This document shows positions 1 through 12,432 of a stretch of DNA of 64,000 bases, in pieces (position 1 is the stretch's first letter; each line of letters opens with the position of its first letter). The translations under genes and the position numbers were made by a program. The stretch is taken from sequence record PP355766.1, one strand, 5' to 3'. The notes under the pieces were generated by a model. The model was not told the origin of the DNA. It did not search any database and saw only the letters and a program-made list of their open reading frames with translations.

Positions 1-1645
1 TGGAGAACTGAATAGAGCTTCTGTGCAGATTCAGAAAAATGTGGTTCAGGTACATAACGATTTGAACAACGTTGGAACTGCTGTAGAAAATATTCAAGTA
101 GATGTAGACCAAATCAAAAAATCGTTAGAAATTACAGGTTCTTCTGACGCCATTGAGCAGGTTTATATCAATAAAAAGAATATTGAAAAGCATGATGGAC
201 AAATTCTTAAATTAGAAGAAGACACCGAAAAACTTCGAACTGACCTTGATTTTCTCGAAGAGGATGTAGGTGTTTATGATTCTAGTAAAGATGACTATTA
301 CAGAACAGTTCGTGATAATATAGTTTGGGTTAAACGTGAAATTGGTGCGTATCCTGGGCAAGATATTAACGGACAGCCGAAGCAAGACTCTCCGGGTTCT
401 GGTATGAAATACCGAATCATCAACAATGCGTCAGCTATAGTAAAACATGACGAGCGTATTCAGGCGCTAGAGGATGCATACAATGATTCAGACGTAGGTT
501 CTCTGACTATTGAAGTAAACGACCTGCGTAAAGAAGTTGGTCCTAAATCCGGAGCCACTTCAGCTTCAATTTATGCAAGGCTTGTGAATAACGCTGATGC
601 TATTTCCGCAGCTAATAATGAAATCTTTGCTATTAACCAAGCCATTGATTTTACCAATCCAGTAAAAATTGGAGCTCGTACTACTAGATTAGAAAACGAT
701 TATCGTATAGTTGACGCAACACTTAACTCTGCACAAACCGGGTTAGTTCCTCGTGTCAATAATATTGATGCTCGTTTGGGGTCTTCTGATAAGCCTGATA
801 CTATTGAAGGAAAAATTAGTTCTCTTTCAACTGACCAAGGGTACATTTCTGATGTTGTAGGACGTGATACTTCATCAGGGCTTCAGGGTCAAGTAGCATG
901 GATAAATCAGCAAGTTGGTATTGTTCCTGGCGGACAGCCGATTCCTCCGGGGTCAATTTTAGCGAGAATGACCAATGTTGAAGGGATGCAAAACTCTCAG
1001 CAGTCTGCTATCCAGGACATTCAAGTAGAACTTGGCAATAACAGCGAAGGGTTAAAAGGTTCTGTATTTACGTTACAGACTCAAATGAATGGTGACTTTT
1101 CGTCAGAAAATCCGGTTCAGCGGGATGGTGTGTATGCCACTGTAGTAGAATTGCAAGATAAATTCGTGACTGCAGTTACTGACGTAGAACAAGATGGAGC
1201 ATACCTCCGTAAACGGGGCGAATGGTTTAAGAAGCCTTCATCAATAGGTGAATTCAGTAAAGAAGATTTCACTGTTGATTTAAGTTCTGATGCATTGGTA
1301 AATCCTAACTCATTGGTCGCTGCTTCATTTAATGCTGGCATTCGTATTGTTGATGATATTATTGTTGATGACGATGGCGTATTTTGTGTAGAAACTGATA
1401 CAGTTATCGAAGCTTCTGATTCAGATAAAGCTGTCCAAATTGTTATTCTCGTCAATAATATTGAGGTGTTTACTTATAGCCTAGGTGTTAAAGCAGTAAC
1501 CGGCGAGCAACTGTTGAAAACCAAGAAACTTATTAAGTTTTCGTCTGGCGATGCAATCAAAATTGTGTATAGAGCTGCTTCAGAAGAATCAAAAGTTCCT
1601 GTTAGTATTAAATCATTGGATATTACTATTCATCCAGCAGTATAA
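1..1645 (+). CDS. wac: Fibritin (whisker antigen control), 5' end outside the window, with a C-terminal extension after the foldon
   Basis: Long heptad coiled-coil ORF open from position 2; foldon-like DGAYLRKRGEW motif at about 1172-1228; lies directly upstream of gp13. Confidence 0.9.
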   Translation, partial: GELNRASVQIQKNVVQVHNDLNNVGTAVENIQVDVDQIKKSLEITGSSDAIEQVYINKKNIEKHDGQILKLEEDTEKLRTDLDFLEEDVGVYDSSKDDYYRTVRDNIVWVKREIGAYPGQDINGQPKQDSPGSGMKYRIINNASAIVKHDERIQALEDAYNDSDVGSLTIEVNDLRKEVGPKSGATSASIYARLVNNADAISAANNEIFAINQAIDFTNPVKIGARTTRLENDYRIVDATLNSAQTGLVPRVNNIDARLGSSDKPDTIEGKISSLSTDQGYISDVVGRDTSSGLQGQVAWINQQVGIVPGGQPIPPGSILARMTNVEGMQNSQQSAIQDIQVELGNNSEGLKGSVFTLQTQMNGDFSSENPVQRDGVYATVVELQDKFVTAVTDVEQDGAYLRKRGEWFKKPSSIGEFSKEDFTVDLSSDALVNPNSLVAASFNAGIRIVDDIIVDDDGVFCVETDTVIEASDSDKAVQIVILVNNIEVFTYSLGVKAVTGEQLLKTKKLIKFSSGDAIKIVYRAASEESKVPVSIKSLDITIHPAV

Positions 1646-1650
1646 TGAAA

Positions 1651-1671
1651 GGGACCTTCGGGTCCCTTTTT
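1651..1671 (+). terminator. Rho-independent terminator, UUCG tetraloop
   Basis: GGGACC-TTCG-GGTCCC followed by TTTTT right after the wac stop. Confidence 0.9.
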
Positions 1672-1673
1672 CG

Positions 1674-1681
1674 TATAAATA
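1674..1681 (+). promoter_or_regulatory. T4-type late promoter (gp55-dependent)
   Basis: Exact TATAAATA upstream of the gp13 RBS (GAGGAG). Confidence 0.85.
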
Positions 1682-1701
1682 GAATATAAAGAGGAGCTTA
1701 T

Positions 1702-2643
1702 ATGTCATACAACACATACAACCCAAAAACGCTTAAAGACGCTATACTTCGACGTCTAGGAGCGCCGGTAATTAATGTCGAAGTAACTGAAGACCAAATT
1801 TATGATTGTATTCAACGAGCATTAGAGTTGTATGGTGAATACCACTTTAACGGATTGAATAAAGGCTATCAAGTTTTTTATATTGGAAAAGATGAAGCTG
1901 ACAACGCAAGATTTTTAAATGGTGTGTTTGATTTGCGTGGTCGTAATGTATTTGCTGTCACTCAAATCGTTAGAACAAATGTAGGTTCATTAACTTCAAT
2001 GGATGGTAATGCTACCTATCCGTGGTTTACTGACTTTTTAATGGGAATGGCCGGAATTAATGGCGGAATGGGGTCAAGCTGTAATAAGAGTTATGGACCA
2101 AACGCTTTCGGTGCTGACCTGGGCTATTTTACTCAATTAATGACTTATTGGTCAATGATGCAGGATTTGCTTGCCCCACTTCCAGACTATTGGTATAACT
2201 CTGATAATGAAATGCTTAAAGTAATGGGCAACTTCATGAAGGGAGACATCATTGTTTGTGAATGCTGGACTAAATCATTTATGAATACAGATGCGATGGT
2301 AGGCAATACAGCAGGATACGGATTTGCTGGGCCGCAAACTGCTGACCATTGGGGATTAGGAGATAGATATCAGAATCCTGACCTTCGTAATAATGGTCAA
2401 TATGCCGGAGAAGGTAATACAAACAGAGAAGGAGCGTATAACAACCGTTGGGTAAAAGATTATGCTACAGCATTAACTAAAAAGCTGTGGGGCGAAATTC
2501 TGTTTAAACACCAAGGGCTGCAATTAGCCGGTGGAGTTACTGTTGATGGCCAAACACTTAAAGTAGAGGCCCAAGAAGAAATCGAGAGGCTCCGAGAGGA
2601 ACTTGATTTACTTGACCCGGGTTGTCCTATTCTGTTGGGGTAA
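1702..2643 (+). CDS. 13: Neck protein gp13
   Basis: [12 protein letters not shown]...[17 protein letters not shown] and WVKDYATAL motifs; 313 aa; wac-13-14-15 synteny. Confidence 0.95.
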   Translation: MSYNTYNPKTLKDAILRRLGAPVINVEVTEDQIYDCIQRALELYGEYHFNGLNKGYQVFYIGKDEADNARFLNGVFDLRGRNVFAVTQIVRTNVGSLTSMDGNATYPWFTDFLMGMAGINGGMGSSCNKSYGPNAFGADLGYFTQLMTYWSMMQDLLAPLPDYWYNSDNEMLKVMGNFMKGDIIVCECWTKSFMNTDAMVGNTAGYGFAGPQTADHWGLGDRYQNPDLRNNGQYAGEGNTNREGAYNNRWVKDYATALTKKLWGEILFKHQGLQLAGGVTVDGQTLKVEAQEEIERLREELDLLDPGCPILLG

Positions 2644-2646
2644 AAG

Positions 2647-3423
2647 ATGACTACATTTAATTCTAGTTTATTCGCTCGCCTTGAGGATTACCGAGGATAC
2701 AATAAAACTAATGAAACCGAAATTCTCAATCCTTATGTGAATTTTTACAATCATAGAAATAGTCAAACGTTAGCAGATGTTTTATCAGCTGAGGCTATTC
2801 AAATGAGAGGAATTGAGTTTTATTTCCTTCCTCGTGAATACAACAATCCGGATTTGCTTTTCGGAGAAGACCCATCAAGTAAATTCACCAAGGCTTGGAA
2901 ATTTGCTGCTTACTTAGACTCTTTTGACGGTTATTCTGGTGATAATACATTCTTTAGTAAGTTTGGTATGATGGTTAATGATGAAGTCAATTTGACTATT
3001 AATCCCAACCTATTCAAGCACCAAACTAATAATTCAGAACCAAAGGCTGGTGACCTGATTTATTTCCCGATGGATAATTCGCTGTTTGAAATTAATTGGG
3101 TTCAGCCATATGACCCATTTTATCAGTTAGGTCAAAATGTTCAACGCAAGATTACTGCACAGAAATACATTTATTCTGGTGAGCAATTACAGCCTGAATT
3201 ACAACGCAATGAAGGAATTATCATTCCTGAGTTCTCTGAACTTGATTTAGAACCAATCAAAAATATAGATGCTCTTGCTGATATTTCTGATGTGCAGTAC
3301 GCAGAAAGCAATGAAATCAATAAAGAAGCTGCTGAATATGTTCATCCGTATTATGTTAATAACGGAAGAGGACTTGAGTCTCCTCCTAAAGCAGATTCGT
3401 TTGATGACGGGTTCTTCGAATAA
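2647..3423 (+). CDS. 14: Neck protein gp14
   Basis: [26 protein letters not shown] and PFYQLG motifs; 258 aa. Confidence 0.95.
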   Translation: MTTFNSSLFARLEDYRGYNKTNETEILNPYVNFYNHRNSQTLADVLSAEAIQMRGIEFYFLPREYNNPDLLFGEDPSSKFTKAWKFAAYLDSFDGYSGDNTFFSKFGMMVNDEVNLTINPNLFKHQTNNSEPKAGDLIYFPMDNSLFEINWVQPYDPFYQLGQNVQRKITAQKYIYSGEQLQPELQRNEGIIIPEFSELDLEPIKNIDALADISDVQYAESNEINKEAAEYVHPYYVNNGRGLESPPKADSFDDGFFE

Positions 3424-3436
3424 ATAAAATAAAGAT

Positions 3437-3452
3437 GGGACCTTTGGGTCCC
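3437..3452 (+). other. RNA hairpin immediately upstream of the gp15 Shine-Dalgarno
   Basis: GGGACC-TTTG-GGTCCC, then TTAGGAGA and ATG at 3465. Confidence 0.6.
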
Positions 3453-3464
3453 TTAGGAGAAATC

Positions 3465-4108
3465 ATGTTTGGACATTGGTATAATTCGTCCTTACGCCGA
3501 TACATTGTATTGCTTGGAGATTTATTTTCTCATGTACAAATTGCTCGTTGGCGTGAAGACACTGGACTAAAATATATTAAAGTACCTATCACTTATGCTT
3601 CAAAGGAAAAGTTCCTTTCTCAACTCGGAAAATGGACTGCTATCCAGTCTACCGAGAATAAAGCAAAGATAGAAACTGTTTTGCCAAGAATGAATTTACA
3701 CTTGGTTGATATGCAATACAACGCGATGTATAAAACATCACAGTTGAATAGAACCAAATCATATAAAACCCCTTCAAAAATTACATCTCAGTATAATCCT
3801 ACTCCGATTAAGATGATTTTTGAGTTGGGGATTTATACGCGGAACCAAGATGATATGTATCAAATCATCGAGCAAATCGTTCCTTATTTTCAGCCGCATT
3901 TTAACACGACTATAACTGAACTTTACGACAAAGACACGAGCTTTAACCGTGATGTTAGAATTGTATTACAATCATTTTCTCCGGATGAAGCTGTTGACGG
4001 AGATAATATTACTCGTCGTAGATTAGAATGGTCATTGATGTTTGAAGTCAACGGATGGCTATATCCTCCTGTTGCCGAGGTTGACGGCGAAATTAGAACC
4101 ATTTATTT

Positions 4109-4130
<22 letters not shown>
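3465..4130 (+). pseudogene. 15: Tail terminator gp15, C-terminus cut at a block junction near 4107
   Basis: MFGHWYNSSLRRYIVL start (true ATG 3465); homology ends after EVNGWLYPP...EIRTIY; the FKKLERK tail is read out of frame from the gp16 remnant. Confidence 0.85.
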
Positions 4131-5975
<1,845 letters not shown>

Positions 5976-6005
5976 ATAAAAAGCAAACAACATTGAGGAT
6001 ATATC

Positions 6006-7979
6006 ATGCCTTTAGTCTCTCCTGGAATTGAGCTCAAAGAAACGAGCGTACAGAGCACGGTAGTACTTAACGCTACAGGTCGTGCCGCAATTGTCGGGAA
6101 GTTCCAATGGGGTCCTGCATATCAAGTTACCCAAATCACTAACGAAGTTGAACTGGTTGATATGTTTGGTGGTCCTAATAACCAAACTGCTGATTACTTT
6201 ATGTCAGCAATGAACTTTCTGCAATATGGTAATGATCTACGCACCGTCCGTGTAGTTAACCGTGAAGCTGCTAAAAACGCATCTCCATTGGTTGATAATA
6301 TTGAGTGGGAAATCACAACTGCTGGTAGTAACTATGAAGTTGGCGACAAAATTACGGTTAAGTATGCAGACCAAGTCGTAGATGAAACTGGTTCAGTTAC
6401 TGAAGTAGATAGTGACGGAAAAATTAAGTCGGTGTTCATTCCGACATCGAAGATTATTGCATATGCAAAAAGCATTAATCAATATCCTGATTTAGGGTCT
6501 TCGTGGACAACTACTATTACTTCGCAGAGTTCTGGTGTTTCCGCTGTTATTACTCTGGGCAAAATTGTTTCTGATTCAACAGTTCTGTTAACTGAACCTG
6601 AAACTGCTCATGAAGAAATGACCAAAACCGAATTCCAGACTGCTCTTGCTAAGTATAAAATGCCTGGAATTGTAGCTGCGTATCCTGGCGAGCTCGGAAA
6701 TCAGTTAGAAATTGAAATCGTATCAAAAGCTGCATTTGATAAAGGTGAACAGCTGACGATTTATCCGGCTGGTGGAAAACGCGCTTCGACTGCAAAAGCT
6801 GTATTTGGATATGGTCCTCAGACCGATACCCAATATGCTATCATTGTTCGTAGAGATGGCGCGGTAGTCGAATCCGCAGTATTATCGACAAGCCGTCAAG
6901 ACAAAGATATCTACGGAAATAACATCTTTATGGACGATTATTTCTCCAAGGGTTCTTCACGCTATATATTTGCCACTGCGCAAGGATGGCCTGAAGGCTT
7001 TGCTGGCGTTATTCGTCTGGGTGGTGGGGTTTCAGCTAATGAATCAGTTACGGCTGGCGATTTAATTCAAGGCTGGGATTTATTTGGTGACCGTGAAGCA
7101 CTGCGGGTAAACCTTCTGATTGCTGGTGCTTGCGCTGGTGAAACGGATGAAATCGCAAGTACAGTGCAAAAGCATGTGTCGTCTATTGCAGATGAACGTC
7201 AAGATTGTTTAGCACTCATTTCACCACCAAGGTCAACGATTGTAAATATTCCTCTGACCCGTGCTGTTGATAATTTAATCGACTGGCGTCAAGGCGATGG
7301 AACTTATGATTCTGCCAATATGAACATTAATACCACGTATGCGGCAATTGACGGCAACTATAAATATCAGTATGATAAATATAACGACGTAAACCGTTGG
7401 GTTCCGTTAGCTGCTGATATTGCAGGCCTGTGTGCTCGTACAGATGATGTTGCTCAACCTTGGATGTCACCGGCTGGTTATCGTCGTGGTCAGATTCTGA
7501 ACTGCATTAAACTTGCGATTGAACCTCGTCAAGCACATCGTGACCGTATGTACCAAGCAGGTATTAACCCAGTGACTGGTCAAGGTACAGGTGAAGGTTT
7601 CATTCTGTTCGGTGATAAGACTGCAACTACTGTTCCAACGCCGTTTGACCGAATTAACGTTCGTCGTCTGTTTAACATGCTGAAGAACAACATCGGTGAT
7701 TCTTCTAAGTGGCAGCTGTTTGAATTAAACGATAACTTTACCCGTAGTTCTTTCCGTATGGAAACCAGCCAATACCTCGCAGGTATTAAAGCTCTGGGTG
7801 GTGTATATGACTTCCGAGTTGTATGTGATACCACGAATAACACTCCAGCAGTTATCGACCGCAACGAGTTTGTAGCGAGCTTCTACATCAAGCCGGCACG
7901 TTCAATTAACTATATCACTCTGAACTTCGTTGCTACGGCAACTGGTGCAGACTTCGATGAGTTAATCGGACCACAGTAA
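6006..7979 (+). CDS. 18: Tail sheath gp18
   Basis: SPGIELKETSVQS start, KFQWGPA, PFDRINVRRLF, KPARSINYITLNFVAT; 657 aa. Confidence 0.97.
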   Translation: MPLVSPGIELKETSVQSTVVLNATGRAAIVGKFQWGPAYQVTQITNEVELVDMFGGPNNQTADYFMSAMNFLQYGNDLRTVRVVNREAAKNASPLVDNIEWEITTAGSNYEVGDKITVKYADQVVDETGSVTEVDSDGKIKSVFIPTSKIIAYAKSINQYPDLGSSWTTTITSQSSGVSAVITLGKIVSDSTVLLTEPETAHEEMTKTEFQTALAKYKMPGIVAAYPGELGNQLEIEIVSKAAFDKGEQLTIYPAGGKRASTAKAVFGYGPQTDTQYAIIVRRDGAVVESAVLSTSRQDKDIYGNNIFMDDYFSKGSSRYIFATAQGWPEGFAGVIRLGGGVSANESVTAGDLIQGWDLFGDREALRVNLLIAGACAGETDEIASTVQKHVSSIADERQDCLALISPPRSTIVNIPLTRAVDNLIDWRQGDGTYDSANMNINTTYAAIDGNYKYQYDKYNDVNRWVPLAADIAGLCARTDDVAQPWMSPAGYRRGQILNCIKLAIEPRQAHRDRMYQAGINPVTGQGTGEGFILFGDKTATTVPTPFDRINVRRLFNMLKNNIGDSSKWQLFELNDNFTRSSFRMETSQYLAGIKALGGVYDFRVVCDTTNNTPAVIDRNEFVASFYIKPARSINYITLNFVATATGADFDELIGPQ

Positions 7980-8082
7980 TATGAACCCCAGGACATTCTG
8001 GGGTCATCTAACCTTTAGATGATAAATTATATTACCGCACACTTTAATAGCCTCTACGATGATGTAGTCAATCGAGAGGCTA

Positions 8083-8090
8083 TATAAATA
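8083..8090 (+). promoter_or_regulatory. Late promoter for gp19
   Basis: TATAAATA 17 nt before the gp19 ATG. Confidence 0.85.
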
Positions 8091-8106
8091 TCTATAGGAA
8101 ACAACG

Positions 8107-8598
8107 ATGGAATTAACAGACATCACTCGTGCGTTTGAATCTGGTGACTTTGCACGTCCTAACCTGTTTGAGGTAGAAATTCCTTATCTGGGTCGTAACT
8201 TCAGTTTCAAATGTAAAGCAGCACCGATGCCGGCAGGTATCGTAGAAAAAGTTCCAGTCGGGTACATGAACCGTAAGATTAACGTCGCCGGTGACCGTAC
8301 TTATGACGACTGGACTGTTACCATCTATAACGATGATAAACATGAAGTACGTAAGGCAATTATTGCTTGGCAGGCTCAGGCCCACGCCCAAGGCAATGAT
8401 ATCTCTGGTATGACTCCAGCCGATTACAAAAAGGTTGCTACGGTACGCCAGTTTAGTCGTGATGGCAAAACTATCACAAATGAACACACCATTACTGGTC
8501 TGTGGCCAACTAACGTTGGTGAAGTACAGATGGACTGGGACAGTAATAATGAGGTAGAAACGTTCGAAACTACCTTTGCTATTGACTGGTGGGAATAA
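8107..8598 (+). CDS. 19: Tail tube gp19
   Basis: DITRAFESGDFARPNLFEVEIP, AGDRTYDDWTVT; 163 aa. Confidence 0.97.
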   Translation: MELTDITRAFESGDFARPNLFEVEIPYLGRNFSFKCKAAPMPAGIVEKVPVGYMNRKINVAGDRTYDDWTVTIYNDDKHEVRKAIIAWQAQAHAQGNDISGMTPADYKKVATVRQFSRDGKTITNEHTITGLWPTNVGEVQMDWDSNNEVETFETTFAIDWWE

Positions 8599-8604
8599 TG
8601 TTAT

Positions 8605-8618
8605 GGGGCTTCGGCCCC
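8605..8618 (+). terminator. UUCG hairpin after gp19 (no U-tract, so a weak terminator or stabilising hairpin)
   Basis: GGGGC-TTCG-GCCCC. Confidence 0.6.
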
Positions 8619-8667
8619 GTATCGAAGTTCTGTGAGTTATTTGCTTAAATATCTGACAAAACTTCGA

Positions 8668-8675
8668 TATAAATA
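8668..8675 (+). promoter_or_regulatory. Late promoter for gp20
   Basis: TATAAATA upstream of GGAGA RBS and ATG 8703. Confidence 0.85.
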
Positions 8676-8702
8676 TACTTATAGATAATTTCGGAGACTC
8701 CA

Positions 8703-10271
8703 ATGGCCTTTCATATTTTGGACTTATTCGCTCCGTGGGAAAAACGCGACGAAGCTGAATATAAGCAACAAATCAACAATGACCTAGAGTCAATCACTGC
8801 TCCAAAATTTGATGATGGAGCTCGTGAAGTTGAATCAAACGAAAACGAAATCCAGTATAATTCATTCAACCAAATGATGTTTGGTTCCAATGAACCTGGA
8901 ATGAAAACAACTGCTGATTTAATCAACACTTATCGCAGTTTAATGAATAACTACGAAGTTGACAATGCTGTTGAAGAAATAGTTTCTGACGCGGTTGTAT
9001 ACGAAGACGGTCACCCAGTAGTTTCTCTTGATTTAGATTCTACCGATTTCAGTCAAGCAATTAAAGACCGTATTCTTGAAGAATTTAATACAGTTTTAAC
9101 ATGCCTTAATTTCGAGAGAAAGGGCGCTGACCATTTCCGCCGTTGGTATGTTGACTCAAGAATATTCTTCCATAAAATCGTCAACACCAAGAAAATGAAA
9201 GACGGAATTCAGGAACTGAGACGTCTTGACCCGCGCAACTTACAATTCATTCGCGAAATCGTTACTGCTGATGACGCTGGTACTAAAATCGTTAAGGGGT
9301 ACAAAGAGTATTTCATTTACGATACTGGCAAAGAAAGTTATTATGCAGATGGCAGATTATATTCCGCCGGAACGAAAATTAAAATTCCACGCGATGCTAT
9401 CGTATATGCACATTCCGGACTAGTTGATTGTTCAGGTCAAAACATCATCGGTTATTTACACCGAGCCGTTAAACCCGCCAACCAGTTAAAGCTATTAGAA
9501 GATGCGTTGGTAATTTATCGTATTACTCGTGCTCCTGACCGTCGTGTGTTTTACATCGACACTGGTAATATGCCTTCTCGTAAAGCGGCAGCACACATGC
9601 AGCATATTATGAACACGATGAAAAACCGTGTTGTATATGATGCGTCAACTGGTAAGATTAAAAACCAACAACATAATATGTCAATGACAGAAGACTATTG
9701 GTTGCAGCGTAGAGATGGTAAAGCGGTTACTGAAGTAGATACTCTTCCTGGTATGTCCGGTATGAGTGATATGGATGATGTCCGTTACTTTAGAACAGCA
9801 TTATACATGGCATTGCGAGTTCCTCTTTCACGCATGCCGGATGCAAATAATCAAGGCGGTGTGCAGTTTGATGCTGGTACAGCAATCACTCGTGACGAAC
9901 TTGATTTTGCCAAATTTATTCGTAGATTACAGCATAAATTTGAAGAGATTATGCTTGATCCACTTCGCACTAATCTAATTCTTAAAAAAGTTTTGTCTAA
10001 AGATGAGTGGGAAGACGAAATAAATAATATTAAGATTGTGTTCCATAAAGACTCATATTTCACCGAGTTGAAAGATGCTGAAGTTATGGAGCGTAGAATC
10101 AATATGCTCACAATGGCTGAACCGTTTATCGGCAAGTATATTTCTCATAAGACAGCAATGAAAGATTTCCTTCAGATGTCTGATGAAGAAATTGAACAAG
10201 AAGCCAAGCAAATTGAATTAGAGTCTAAAGAGGCTCGCTTCCAAGACCAAGAAAATGAAGAGGATTTCTAA
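8703..10271 (+). CDS. 20: Portal protein gp20
   Basis: [44 protein letters not shown]; 522 aa. Confidence 0.97.
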   Translation: MAFHILDLFAPWEKRDEAEYKQQINNDLESITAPKFDDGAREVESNENEIQYNSFNQMMFGSNEPGMKTTADLINTYRSLMNNYEVDNAVEEIVSDAVVYEDGHPVVSLDLDSTDFSQAIKDRILEEFNTVLTCLNFERKGADHFRRWYVDSRIFFHKIVNTKKMKDGIQELRRLDPRNLQFIREIVTADDAGTKIVKGYKEYFIYDTGKESYYADGRLYSAGTKIKIPRDAIVYAHSGLVDCSGQNIIGYLHRAVKPANQLKLLEDALVIYRITRAPDRRVFYIDTGNMPSRKAAAHMQHIMNTMKNRVVYDASTGKIKNQQHNMSMTEDYWLQRRDGKAVTEVDTLPGMSGMSDMDDVRYFRTALYMALRVPLSRMPDANNQGGVQFDAGTAITRDELDFAKFIRRLQHKFEEIMLDPLRTNLILKKVLSKDEWEDEINNIKIVFHKDSYFTELKDAEVMERRINMLTMAEPFIGKYISHKTAMKDFLQMSDEEIEQEAKQIELESKEARFQDQENEEDF

Positions 10272-10492
10272 TGGAAAATTATATTTCCGCAATTGAATCC
10301 AGAGACCTCGTAGCAGCCAAAAAAGCTTTTGGTGCAATTATGGCTGAACGGACATCTGGTTTAATTGAAGAGCGCAAAAAATTTATCGCAGCGTCTGTCA
10401 TGATTGAGGGTGAAGAGCCCGTTGACGATGAAGATGAAGACGACGAAGATGAAGATAAGTCTGAGAAAGACGACGACGAAGAGGACGAGTAA
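10271..10492 (+). CDS. 67: Prohead core protein gp67
   Basis: DLVAAKKAF motif and a very acidic D/E tail; position after gp20. Confidence 0.9.
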   Translation: MENYISAIESRDLVAAKKAFGAIMAERTSGLIEERKKFIAASVMIEGEEPVDDEDEDDEDEDKSEKDDDEEDE

Positions 10493-10917
10493 TGCTTATA
10501 CTGCCTGAAAATCATGAATTAGTTATCGACGCTGTCGAAGCTTTTCTTCCTGAAGCACAGGCACGTTTTGATAAGTTGTCCGCAGCGCTTTCTAAAGATG
10601 ATATAAATAAAATTGTAGAGAACATGGTTACTTCTGAGCCTGATTTAGCAATTGCTTTAGGTTCAATTAACGAATCTCTACAATTAAATGAATTTATCGT
10701 TAAGCACGTTGATTCTAAAGGTACTATTACCCGTACCAAAGATCGTAAAACACGTGAGCGTAACGCGTTTCAAACAACCGGACTTTCTAAAGCTAAACGC
10801 CGCCAAATCGCGCGTAAAGCAGTAAAATCAAAACGTGCTAATCCATCGGCTCAAACTCGTGGATTACGTAAACGTAAGAAAGCACTTAAACGCCGTCAGG
10901 CTCTGGGGCTAAGTTAA
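10492..10917 (+). CDS. 68: Prohead core protein gp68
   Basis: [11 protein letters not shown] start, basic C-terminus (KHV...[10 protein letters not shown]); 141 aa. Confidence 0.92.
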   Translation: MLILPENHELVIDAVEAFLPEAQARFDKLSAALSKDDINKIVENMVTSEPDLAIALGSINESLQLNEFIVKHVDSKGTITRTKDRKTRERNAFQTTGLSKAKRRQIARKAVKSKRANPSAQTRGLRKRKKALKRRQALGLS

Positions 10918-11567
10918 TGGAAAACCTCAATGAACAACTTTTAATTGAGCATTGGGGTCAACCGGGCGATGTAATTGATGGTAAACCCATGCTGGAATCT
11001 ATTATCGTTGAAGGCGAAAATGAATCTGGCTTAAAACCTGGTCTGTATATCGAAGGTGTTTTTATGCAGGCAGAAGTAGTAAACCGTAATAAACGTCTTT
11101 ATCCAAAACGCATTCTTGAGACTGCGGTAAGCCGTTATATTAAGGAACAGGTTGCTACTCGTCAGGCTCTAGGAGAATTAAACCATCCACCTCGTGCAAA
11201 TGTTGACCCGATGCAAGCCGCAATCATTATCGAAGATATGTGGTGGAAAGGCAACGATGTTTATGGGCGTGCAAGAATCATCGAAGGAGACCACGGTCCA
11301 GGTGATAAATTAGCCGCTAACATTCGTGCTGGTTGGATTCCTGGTGTATCAAGTCGTGGACTTGGTTCTTTGAAAGACTCAGGAAAAGGATATAACATCG
11401 TACAAGAAGGCTTTCGCCTGACTGTTGGTGTAGACGCAGTTTGGGGTCCTAGTGCTCCGGATGCATGGGTACAACCGAAACAAATTTCGGAAAATACCTC
11501 GGCACAAGTTGCCAATAGTGCTGATGATGCTTTTATGGCTCTCGCAGAGAAGTTAAAAGCGTTATAA
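10917..11567 (+). CDS. 21: Prohead protease gp21
   Basis: LGELNHPP (catalytic His) and GVSSRGLGS (catalytic Ser). Confidence 0.96.
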   Translation: MENLNEQLLIEHWGQPGDVIDGKPMLESIIVEGENESGLKPGLYIEGVFMQAEVVNRNKRLYPKRILETAVSRYIKEQVATRQALGELNHPPRANVDPMQAAIIIEDMWWKGNDVYGRARIIEGDHGPGDKLAANIRAGWIPGVSSRGLGSLKDSGKGYNIVQEGFRLTVGVDAVWGPSAPDAWVQPKQISENTSAQVANSADDAFMALAEKLKAL

Positions 11568-11570
11568 ATA
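11563..11570 (+). promoter_or_regulatory. Late promoter for gp22
   Basis: TATAAATA overlapping the gp21 stop. Confidence 0.85.
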
Positions 11571-11599
11571 ATTATGTAACTTAACACAGGACATCAAAA

Positions 11600-12412
11600 A
11601 TGCTTAAAGAACTTTTAATGACCGAAGCTAAAACTATCGATGCTTCCGTCGCTCTTGACAGTATTTTCGAATCAGTTCAGCTTTCTCCGGAAGCTAAAGC
11701 TAACTTCAGCACTGTATTCGAAGCAACAGTCAAAAAACACGCCGTAGCTCTGGCAGAATCTCATATTGAAAAGATTGCTGAGAAAGCAGAAGAAAAAGTT
11801 GAAGAAGAAAAAGAAAAAGCTAAAGAAGAAGCTCGCGAAGAGCTGAAAGAAGCTGCTTCTAAATACTTTGACCATATCGCTGCAGAATGGATGGCAGAAA
11901 ACCAGCTGGCGGTTGACCGCGGTATTAAAGCTGACCTGTTTGAATCCATGTTTAGCGGTATGAAAGAACTGTTTGTTGAGCACAACGTTGTAATTCCTGA
12001 AGAATCAGTAGACGTAGTCGCTGAAATGGAAGAAGAACTTGCTGAGCAAAAAGAAGAAACTGCTCGTTTATTTGAAGAAGTTTCTAAGCGTGATGCTTAT
12101 ATCAATTACGCCCAACGCGAGTATGCTATTCAAGAAGCAACCCGTGAATTGACTGATACTCAAAAAGAGAAAGTAGTTTCTCTGACAGAGGGCATGGATT
12201 ATTCTGACGCATTTTCAACTAAGCTGAAAGCTATTGTTGAAATGGTGCAGGGTTCTGTAGAGCAGTCTGTAACGGAATCTGCCGATATAAATACTATCGA
12301 CAAAGAAGCAGACGGTTTAAACTTCACAACTGAAGCAGTCGAAGAAACTCCTGCGACTAAAACCCCATCCGTTATGGATGCTTATGTAGCCCAAGCGGCT
12401 CGTCTTTCTTAA
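11600..12412 (+). CDS. 22: Major scaffold (prohead core) protein gp22
   Basis: SIFESV.LSPEAKANF.TVFEA, GIKADLFES; 270 aa; between gp21 and gp23. Confidence 0.95.
   Translation: MLKELLMTEAKTIDASVALDSIFESVQLSPEAKANFSTVFEATVKKHAVALAESHIEKIAEKAEEKVEEEKEKAKEEAREELKEAASKYFDHIAAEWMAENQLAVDRGIKADLFESMFSGMKELFVEHNVVIPEESVDVVAEMEEELAEQKEETARLFEEVSKRDAYINYAQREYAIQEATRELTDTQKEKVVSLTEGMDYSDAFSTKLKAIVEMVQGSVEQSVTESADINTIDKEADGLNFTTEAVEETPATKTPSVMDAYVAQAARLS
12286..12293 (+). promoter_or_regulatory. Late promoter for gp23, inside gp22
   Basis: TATAAATA about 140 nt before the gp23 ATG, where T4 P23 lies. Confidence 0.75.
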
Positions 12413-12432
12413 TTTAAAAGGTTATACAACAC

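Noticed and set aside
10420-10490. GAC/GAT/GAA low-complexity run
   Set aside because: Encodes the normal acidic tail of gp67.
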